Both the position numbers and the translations under genes were made by a program. Below are positions 53,070-64,000 of a stretch of DNA of 64,000 nucleotides, piece after piece. The notes under the pieces are model-generated. The model worked only from the letters and a program-made list of their open reading frames with translations. It searched no databases and was not told the DNA's origin. The DNA is from Octopus vulgaris (lineage: Eukaryota). The DNA is taken from assembly GCA_951406725.2 (NCBI GenBank), contig OX597826.1, positions 6,324,001 through 6,388,000 of the forward strand. The letters are read 5' to 3'. Positions within the stretch are counted from its first letter, which is position 1. Each line of letters opens with the position of its first letter.

Positions 53070-54339
53070 GTATATATATACATATATATATATATATATA
53101 AATATACATACATATGTGCATATATATGCGTATATATACATATATATGTACACCTATTTATATACGTATGTCTACACACACAAACATATATATGTGCGTG
53201 TGTGTGCGAGCGCGAGTTGTGTGCATCAGTGCATGTATATATATATGTGTTTGCGTGATTACTCACACACGCATATATGTATGTATGTATGTAATTATGC
53301 ATACATACTGAATTGGATAGACAGAGAGACAAAAATTTAAACTACATGGTTAGTTGTTGATGTACATATATGTGGCATTTATAGCATCTTATCTGATAAA
53401 AGATATGAAAAATATAATTATCTGAAAGGATATGATTTCTATGTATATATATTTCAGGTTAATACCATACAAACATTTCAATAAAGCTCCAAATTCGATA
53501 TTTTAATGTTATACTGGGATAAACTAACATTACAGTCTCAGCACATAGATTTGTATCCACCGACTCAAGTATAACATCAGTGGGTATGTTATTATACTAC
53601 TATTCAATACTGTTTTGAGTATGCCACTAATATTCCGTCTTTATTACGATCATTAATATGAGCCTGAAAAAGTATATGCTAAACACATTACGTTTGTAAA
53701 CATCGAAACAAAATGTGTCTTCATTAAACACAATTTTTACCACTTATATATACAACTTCTTGCATAATCACATAAATCTCTTACTCTAGTAATTAATGTC
53801 CGTCTTTAAAACGCGTACTCTTATGTAATTTTCGTCATGCTAGTCATAAATCTGTTTTCTTTTCTTGTAAGAAGCGTTATGCATCTTAATATTACCAGCT
53901 GCACAAGTGATTTAAAATTGTACAACGGTTCTTATTTAGATGAACAGGGATTTTAAAAACGTAATTGAAGTCTTTAGAAAATTCATACCAATGTTTGAAC
54001 GTCTTCAGGAATATGTTATGCGTAATGTTGTTATAAAGTTATATGATTACCATAATTAAAACGAAATACTTTTTAAATTCAAAACAATTTTCTTTTTTAA
54101 ATTTCCATGGAAAATGCGCTGGTAATTCTTAGCTATAGAGACTACTTAGGGTAGGCATTTGATCGCTAGCTATTTGATCTCTAATTCATTTCCAGTGCTC
54201 CGCAATATGAAAAGTAATGGGAAGCAAAGAGTTAGGAGATTGCAGTTGTGTGTTTGATAATAGACAAACAGTATTTTGACTTTTATTAAACCTAGGAAGG
54301 TTTAATAAAACTAGGAGGAGTCATTATAAAAACATACGC

Positions 54340-54720
54340 ATGATGCTTTCTGAGTTCATATCCCTCCGAAATCATCATTGCTTGACATCTCTCCTAGGCC
54401 ATTAAGAAGTAATTGGGACCTATTATATTGACTAACTCACATCATCTCAATATCATTGATTTTTGCCTAAACCAAAAGCTAGTCCTGCTTTTGTTACCAT
54501 ATGAGATTAAATCCAAACGAAGTTACCTTTGCCTTTCATCCAATCAGGTTCAATATAAAGATGTACCTTTGACTCACAGGTACTGATAGCATAGACTAAG
54601 CACCTTCTCTGCAAATTGTTGTACTCGTGCCTAAATGAGAAACATTCATGATTTAACATTTTTCGGGTCACCTTTCATTTTATTCCATCATAGTCGATAA
54701 CGTAAAGCTCCCAGCAAATG
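54340..54720 (+). mobile_element. Cluster of old SINE family B fragments
   Basis: TTCTGAGTTCATATCC, CCTTTGCCTTTCATCC, CCTTTCATTTTATTCC...GTCGATAA. Confidence 0.55.
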
Positions 54721-55250
54721 CTGGATTCAATGATTCCAAAGATTTCGCTTTCCTAAAAATTGTCGGTTTTGTGCAAAGATAAAAAAGGCATTGTTTCTAA
54801 TTGTCGAGGAGTCCTCTATTTCATCCATGTTGCCCAATTTCACATCCGATCGACATGTAATGGAGTTCTGTATTTTATCCACTAATCGTATTGAACATAT
54901 GGTATCATAATTATAAGCCGATGATTTGAAAGATGCGTTCCAGAGACGGGTAAAATGCTTTTTAAAATTTGTACCAGCAATCAAAACACTATGTTTGAAA
55001 ACCTACGCCCATCATTGATGATAAATGATGTAGCAGGGCGTACTGGAATCGATACATATCTCTCGCTTAGCATGGGTCACTATCTTTCTCATGCTTTCTT
55101 TATCTTTGTGGGCTCCAACGATTTCGAAGAGTCGGAAATAGATATTTCGTCCCGATAGTAGTTTTAGGACAACATCATAAGTTAAGTTTGCATTACAAAC
55201 TGAAACTACAGGATTATTCATGTATACACATATTACTATCTCTGTCTCTG

Positions 55251-55313
<63 letters not shown>

Positions 55314-55374
55314 TAATCTGTGTGTCTATCTAGCTGTATGTCTGGCTGGCTATCTATGTATCTATGTATCTATG

Positions 55375-56257
<883 letters not shown>

Positions 56258-56264
56258 ATATATA

Positions 56265-56297
<33 letters not shown>

Positions 56298-56374
56298 CTC
56301 TCTCTATCTATCTATCTGCCTGTCTATCTATTAATCTGTCTGTCTAGCTGTATGTCTGCCTGGCTATCTATGTG

Positions 56375-56451
<77 letters not shown>

Positions 56452-57200
56452 GAGTATGTGTAAAGGTTTGTATATATACATGTATTTGCGTAACTTATTG
56501 TATATATAAATCGTGCGTGTGTGTGTGTATTTTGTGTTAGGGTGTACACAGTCACACATATTTCTATACACGCGTATTCACTTATACATATACACGTATA
56601 CATATTTATATACAAAGCCTGTTTATGAAACAGGTCATGGCAATGTCAAATGTGAGTCAGAATATATTTACATTTGGTAGTTTGTGTGAACGTAGAGAAT
56701 GTTTCAAATACTTATATGCCATGATTGTGTTGGAAATACAGATAAACGCATCCCACTTGTGAGACACTACTAAGAAGCATGCTTTGTAATCCAAACAACG
56801 TGACTACTCATATCAATTTGCATGTTTACAGGTCTCCCGTTCGGTACTAATCAGGTAAATGCTTCCATAGGGGCAGTTATATCAACACTATTCAAACAAT
56901 GCTGACCACGGTAACATAACAACTGTAAAAAGGAACGCTATAAACAAACATGTTAAAACGTAGCCGTAGCTGTTGACATATGGTGGAGGTGGTGTGAGTG
57001 TACCATTTCAAATTACAATAGTCGGAAAGAGAGAATAGAATGAAAGAATGGTCGAATAATAGAACTGGTCACGGGGATTCCGCCTTTGTCTATATACAAC
57101 TGTATGCAAAGCATCGTGCGAGTGTATATCGAGCAATCTATGTGTGTATGTATGTATGTACGTAACTATGTAAGTATGTATGCATTTATCTATCTGTCTG

Positions 57201-57237
<37 letters not shown>

Positions 57238-57242
57238 ATTTA

Positions 57243-57503
<261 letters not shown>

Positions 57504-57715
57504 TATCTATATACCTATCTATCTGTCTATGAATCTACCTACCTGCTCTATCTTTTTTATCTGACTATCTATCTCGGTGTCTCTCTCTCTCTAAATGTAT
57601 TTTTGTGTGCGCACGTGTGTATGTGTGTGCGTGTGCGTGTGTCAGTGTATATTTACGTGTGGGTGCTGTTTTGTGTTTGTGTACCTGTATATTGTCCACG
57701 AATACACGTATGTAC

Positions 57716-57755
<40 letters not shown>

Positions 57756-58734
57756 GTATGTACTTGAAACCTTTGAGGATATATATATATATATGTGTGT
57801 GTGCGCGCGCGTGCACATACACACAAATAGATACACATACAAACATACATATATGTATAAACACCTACTGAATCGTTGTTTACGACGAAGAGGAAGATCA
57901 AAAAATCAATAAATGGTGCAGTGTGTAATGATATCTTTCCGACAGATGCTTTCTGACCTTACTTCAATCCATGAATGTTCGATCAATCAAGCGAACACAT
58001 TATTCTGTAATGCAAAATATGACTTCATCCAAGATGGCGGCGAGTTTTCAATGTACTATTCGTTAAAATATACGATGTGTAAATGCTGCAAGTTTGGTGG
58101 GGTATTTTGAAACAATAAACGATAGTTTTTGAAGGGAATATATTTCAATGTTTAATGTTTATGAGATTATTCGGCGATTAACTACCTTTTTATCTCAGTT
58201 TCCCGTTTGATATTCATGAAATTTCTTGAAATTTTTAGTGTCATATTATGGAAAGAATATGTTTATCTTTAGCAGGTAGATACCTAGATTAGACCTAGTA
58301 TTTAAATTCAGCATTCTGCGTAATTTTCTACCCAGTTTTACATTTCAGATGCGTTACCGTGTGAATCAGTTTTATATTCTTTGAATTCGCATGTCAATCT
58401 CCTTTGGTACATGGATATATATCAAGGTGTACAACCTGCATTTGATTTCAGCATTCGTTTTTTTTTCTTCTTTTTTTTTCTTTCTTATCATAGAAACGGT
58501 GATATCGTTTAGCTGGGTGTGCAGCTTTACTATTTTGCTTACCGACTCTGTTCACAGCCCTGCATTTATTATAGACTATTGGTTGTCTTTAGATACTTGT
58601 TAACGTATGTTAACTGTACGTCTAGTGATGTCCTTAATACGCATTATACATACATACACACACACATACACAAACACACACACACATGTATATACATAGG
58701 TAGACATATAGACAGTCAGAGACAGACAGACGGG

Positions 58735-58765
<31 letters not shown>

Positions 58766-59950
58766 GTTCGAAACGAAGAAGTATGTATTAATTTATGAAA
58801 TGTTTCAACAAGGTTTGTCTACACATTTTGAACATGATGCGACTGGAGAAATATAACCTAGTACATTTAATGCATGTATGTAATTTCAGTAAGGTGATTT
58901 AAAATGATACTATATGGGAGCCTTTCTATTTCGTGACAGTGTATGTTCTCTTTGATATGATAATTGATAATCATCAGCTGATGTTGTCTTCAATATATCA
59001 TGTGACATTCGGGTCCCAGCTGGAGCTCCAACTGATACGTTTGATTCTTCGATAGTTTCGCGGAGGTAGTGTTATATGCCAGTCTTTACTTTTAGTGTGA
59101 CATCTCGGAAAGGTACGTACTTTATGTTTACAATTACTGCTAATTTTGTTACGAAAATAGTTAAAAGTAATAATTTCTTATTAAATCCATCTCCATCACA
59201 TGCTTTTACTTCTTATAGCATACAATAAGTCCGTTGTCCCAAGACCTCTGGATAAAGTCGTCTGCCTTGCAGAGAAGCACACGAAAAGTAACATAACAGG
59301 CCTCCCGGAAAGAAAAGAAATTCACGACTCATTTATGGAAAGACGAAACAACAAGCAAACAGACACAAAATGAGGATTAGAATTATTTCACAAATCTAGA
59401 AATCTTTGCACAAAATGACCCTAAAATTCATATTTTAAATATCCCCAAAGCTCCCTTTCAGAAAGAATTGTAGCAGAATTTTCTTTACCATAGATTCTGC
59501 TTTCATGCCTGGCGATAGTCCTTAGATGTAGGCAAGGGGAAATTCTTCAGTAGCTCTACTTCACTGGAGAAATGAAGCAGAAGTTATGGCATTCAAAAAA
59601 CCAATTTTTTGGAGATTCCGTTCCTGGATTGGACTAGCAACTTATCCACTGATGGTCAAATATGATGGTAATGTCTACTTGATTTGTGGGACCGAAAGTA
59701 TAGAAGGAGCTTGATGAACAATAAACATTGGAGCAGCACATTTTAGTGAGGAAAAAACTAATGCATAACTGAAGCCAATATTCACCGAATCACATCTAGA
59801 ACGAGCAAAATAATTTACGCCAACCCTTTGTGTCGCCTTCGTAGATAATAAAAAAATTATTCAAATGCTGAAGTCTCAAGGGATACAGAAGTTGAGGTGC
59901 GATGCATGAAACTCGGCTACCTGGAAATATTTCATTTGTAATCATTCCAT

Positions 59951-60460
59951 TGAAAGAAGCCCGTCGTATATATTTATATATATATATGTGTGTGTGTGTA
60001 TATGTTTGTGTGCCTGTGTTTGTCCCCCTAGCATTGCTTGACAACCGATGCTGGTGTGTTTACGTCCCCGTCACTTAGCGGTTCGGCAAAAGATACCGAT
60101 AGAATAAGTACTGGACTTACAAAGAAAAAGTCCCGAGGTAGAGTTCCTCGATTATAGGCGGTGCTCCAGCATGGCCGCAGTCAAATGACTGAAACAAGTA
60201 AAAGAGTAAAAGAGTAAAGAGTAAAGGGTATATACGTGTGTGTGTGTGTGTTTGTGGGCCTGTGTTTGTCCCCCAACATCGCTTGACACCCGATGCTGGT
60301 GAGTTTACGTCCCCGTAACGTAGCGGGTCGGAAAAAGAGTTCGATAGAATAAGTACTAGGCTTACAAAGAATAAGACCTGGGGTACATTTGTTCGACTAA
60401 AGGCGATGCTCCAGCATGGCCACGCTCAAATTACTGAAATACATGAAAGAGTAAAAGAGT
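59951..60460 (+). mobile_element. SINE family A, 5'-truncated, followed by a second tandem 3' module
   Basis: 59951-60230 matches 20476-20736; 60236-60460 repeats the 3' module with a GTAAAAGA tail. Confidence 0.9.
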
Positions 60461-62509
60461 TAATGATAACTCTCAGATTTCATAATTTATCTGAACTTTT
60501 CAAATACCTACTTAAGCATCTTTATAAACAAGTATTTGTTATTTTATGTAAAAGATCTTTCTGAAGTACACCAGTTCATACTTTATTTAACCAACTATTT
60601 TACACTGAAGATATTCAAATTATTTTCTCTTAAAAGAAATAGTCCTTTTCCCTTTGATTTTCTTTCAAAGTGGTGCTCCGGCATGGTCGCTGTCAATCGA
60701 CTGAATCAAGTTAAAGAATAATATGTGTGCCACAGCATTTGGATTGTGCCCTGTAGATGCCGTTTTCTTCACCATTGTTCCTATCATATTTTATTTGTTT
60801 ATATTTTTATTAACGTTCCTCAATTGTAATAACTTTCTAAACCAAAGTTTATGGCGTTTCCGCTGCCGTATCTAAGCACTATAAAGCTGGTTATTCCATG
60901 GTTTGACATGTGGCAACTATATTCGCATATATGGAAAACACGACAGTGTGTAACGCTAACATTTGCATAGATAACAGTTTGAAACACTATCAGAAGGGCT
61001 CTAGCGTTCAGTCCGTCGTTCTCATCGCATTCAATTATTGTATTGCCGATTACTAACTGAAATGTCCATTCATGTCGTTTTTGTTGCATTCCCTCTTTTC
61101 ACGATTGGATGTATGTTTTCTTTTTTCCCCGTGAATACATAGCTTTTGCAATCATAGAAATGTAAAGGATTTGCATGTTTCATGTGTTATATATGTGAAG
61201 TTTTAGGAGAAATTAGGTTTCGTCAGCACTGACAATGGGGATTTCTTTTCTCTCATTCAGCTATTAACTTACCCTTTTTTTACTACGTTCGTCATTAAAT
61301 ATCTTGGCAGTTATTCTTTGGCTAGCTCGAATACAGTTACTTTGTCATGTACGGGTGGCTATTGGCTTTTTCTTTTTTCTCGTGGTATCTGTGATTTTTT
61401 TCACGTTGTTATTTCTTCTGAAATTTCTTCAAGTGTTACACGTTGCCGTGGTTATGCATCATCCACTGGACATTTATCTTCTTCGCAGCCTTCTAAATAT
61501 ATTATTTTCTATTGATTTCTCTTAATGTTGTCGTTGCATTTATTTTGTTTACGGTTTTACCCAGTTTTTGGTAAAATTGCTCCTTGTTATTGGCGATCAT
61601 TTTGTTCCCTTCAAACAACTGTTGCTGCTTTTGAAGAACAATGATTTGCTTTGGGAATCAGTAAAGATCTTTTTCTTTCGTCGTTTCTTTTTTTTTTGTT
61701 CATAAAGGGAACTTCTTTATTGTTATTATATACTTTTGCAGCAGTTCTTTCTGAATCTTTCCTTTTATTTATAGTTTTTTCCTTCTTGCTTTCAAGATTG
61801 ACGTGGTAATAATTTGTTTTGTCTTGCTTTATCTTTATTTGATAGATTTCCACAATGTTTATTTCAGGCTAGAAGTTCTTATCCGAAAGGTTTTCGGATA
61901 AGTATTCTGTTTCCACTGTGATTACTGGCAGTCACTTCACATCTCTCTCTCTCTCACAATGTGACCAGTTTGTATAGTTAGTTGCATTTCTTGTTATTTT
62001 TAGCTAGGTTGTGTTTCTTTTTGCTTTGTTCATCTAAAAGATTTTTAAATAATACTAATTTTTTAGTTAATAGCTGTTTTAAATTAATATCGTATAGTCA
62101 GTGGTTTTTCAGATGTAACTACGGATAATCATTTTATCGATTGCCAGGTTATTTGTAATAGTATATTCTGCATGCATCACGGCACACTTATGAATGAAGA
62201 GCGTGCTAGATCCAGTACAGCCCCCGTGAAAATGTTTTGCAACTGCCAGGTAGGTCTCTAAAATTAGACCACATTTGAATTCGGCTTCTAAATTTACGTG
62301 TTGAAACAATGAAGTAGCAACAAAAATGGTTCAATCGAAAATAGCTCTCCCTCCAAATATATGGACTTATAACTATATTGATAAATATTGTTATTATGTT
62401 TATTATATATATGAGAAATTATCTGAATAATTCGCTTGTTCTGCTTTTGCATGTTTGTTATTTAATGTGACAAAGTAGAGTCATATGTACATTTAATATG
62501 AGGTAGCGA

Positions 62510-63125
62510 AGGCGGCCAGCTGAAAGAAAGTTTAGCACGCCGGGCGAAATGCTTAGCTGTATTTCGTCAGTCTTTACGTTCTGAGTTCAAATTCCGCTGA
62601 GGTCGACTTTGTCTTTCATCCTTTCGGGGTCGAAAAATCTACGTACCATTTAAGCACTGGGGTCGATGTGATCGACTTAATCCCTTTGCTTGTCCTTGTT
62701 TGTCCCCTCAATGTTTAGCCCATTGTCGGCAATAAAGATATAAGACTCGTTAGCAAGTCGGGCGAAATGCGTAGCCGTATTTCATCTGCCGTTACGTTCT
62801 GAGTTCAAATTCCGCCGAGGTAGACTTTGCTTTTCATCATTTCGGGGTCGATGAATTAAAGACCAGTTACGCACTGGGGTCGATGTAATCGACTTAATCC
62901 GCTTGTCTGTCCTTTTTTGTACCTTCTTTGTTTAGCCCCTAGAGGGTAGTCAAGAAATAGGTATTTCGTCTGTCTTTACGTTCTGAGTCCGAATTCCGCC
63001 GGGGTCGCCTTCGTCTTTTATACTTTTGAGGTCGATTAAATTAAGTACCAGTTGCGTAGTGGGGTCGATTTAATCGACTGACCCCCTCACCCAAAATTTC
63101 GGGCGTTGTGCCAGGAGTGGAGAAA
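62510..63125 (+). mobile_element. SINE family B with triplicated core and 15-bp TSD
   Basis: Head AGGCGGCCAGCTG; core TTACGTTCTGAGT...GGGGTCGAT occurs three times. TSD AATATGAGGTAGCGA (62495-62509) and AATATGAGGCAGCGA (63126-63140). Confidence 0.9.
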
Positions 63126-63130
63126 AATAT

Positions 63131-63330
63131 GAGGCAGCGAGCTAAGTCGACGATCTGACAAAACCGTTAGCACGTCGGGCAAAATGCCTAGTGGCTTTCC
63201 TTCCAACCTTACGTTCTGAGTTCAAATGCTGCCGAGGTTGACTTTGCTTTTCATCCCTTCCTGGGTCGATCTATTCGAATTATTCCCGCCTCCAAAATTA
63301 CTGGCCATGAGCCAAAACTTGAAATATGAG
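63131..63330 (+). mobile_element. Older SINE family B copy whose head was the insertion target of the 62510 copy
   Basis: GAGGCAGCGAGCT...CGTTAGCACGTCGGGCAAAATGC...GTTCTGAGTTCAAAT...GACTTTGCTTTTCATCC. Confidence 0.85.
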
Positions 63331-64000
63331 AATATGATCGTCAATATGAACAGAGTACCACACATTATATCTGGTGCGGGTATAGTCGTTTGCATCAATC
63401 CTATTATTTCGGCCTAAGGATGATGGAAGTCACTGTGAACCCCAGTGGAATTTAAGCTTAAAAATATAAAGAGAAACTCGTAAAAGTCAAGCAGCTTAAC
63501 TCGGAAACTCAATCCATACCATCAAAGATATATTAAACGACCGCATAAAATTAATACACACACACACATACACACAAACAAACACATACATATGTAGGTA
63601 TGTATATGCGTATGTTTGTGTGTGTGCACGAGCGGGTGTGTGTGTTTAAATTTTTTTTCACGGCTTCCGACAACAAAATAGAAATTTTGACAGGGACGAG
63701 ATACTCTGGGGGAAAATACTTGTGCCTCAATTACATGAAATCGAACCTAGCAAAACATAGTTTCGAAACAATGTAAATCACTGCATACATCCAATATAAT
63801 TGGACAAATGGAAAAACTCGATGATAATTTCCTTGCAAAAGATAAAAGTTTTCTTTCTGGAGAAATTCCCAGACTTCTCAGGGAGAACCAGAATTGTTGA
63901 TCAATTCCACCGAATACCATCGTGTATGAACGAATACCGTCTAGGTCATCGCAACCTTTGTTGGTTTTGTTTGTTTGTTTGTTTGTTGTTGTTGATTTTT

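Noticed and set aside
53458-53583. Segment bounded by TTTCAG and GTATGT that looks like an exon
   Set aside because: It has stop codons in all three frames. A non-coding or UTR exon cannot be excluded but is unsupported.
59490-59930. Possible highly decayed Tc1-like transposase (IPFLDWTSNLS)
   Set aside because: Only a vague resemblance to the W.SPDL motif, with no TIRs found.
61878-61902. 11-bp hairpin CTTATCCGAAA-ggt-TTTCGGATAAG as a Helitron end or terminator
   Set aside because: No CTRR follows at the expected distance, and the eukaryotic context argues against an intrinsic terminator.
62099-62311. Second hAT-like MITE (CAGTGGTTTTTCA ... TTGAAACAATG)
   Set aside because: The TIR match is weak and there is no matching 8-bp TSD.
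62560-63080. Regularly spaced repeats suggestive of a CRISPR-like array
   Set aside because: They are ~200-bp tandem SINE core modules, with no unique spacers and no cas genes.

Overview
This is AT-rich, repeat-saturated animal DNA, intergenic or deep intronic. The SINE sequences and microsatellite density resemble Octopus (coleoid cephalopod); this is recognition from memory, not a database result. I find no credible host gene, and almost every ORF in the track is translated microsatellite. The window contains three tRNA-derived SINE families, two mariner remnants, a hAT-type MITE, LINE 3' remnants (CR1/L2-like, Tx1/L1-like and a probable Dong/R4-like 3' UTR) and several Penelope-like pseudo-LTR (pLTR) fragments, many of them folded back on themselves. 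Three signals stand out. (1) Minimal type-I hammerhead ribozyme motifs occur with different catalytic cores: canonical C3:G8, compensatory G3:C8 and A3:U8, plus U4C and A6U variants. One G3:C8 pair sits on both strands of a perfect 293-bp palindrome bounded by a target-site duplication (TSD). (2) A (GTAG)n satellite contains a 190-bp block duplicated without gaps but with 34 strictly one-way T>C changes (A>G on the minus strand, 33 of 34 in 5'-TA context), resembling ADAR hyper-editing fixed in DNA. (3) A Tx1-like LINE has both of its copies inserted in (TATC)n in the same phase. All alignments and counts were done by eye.
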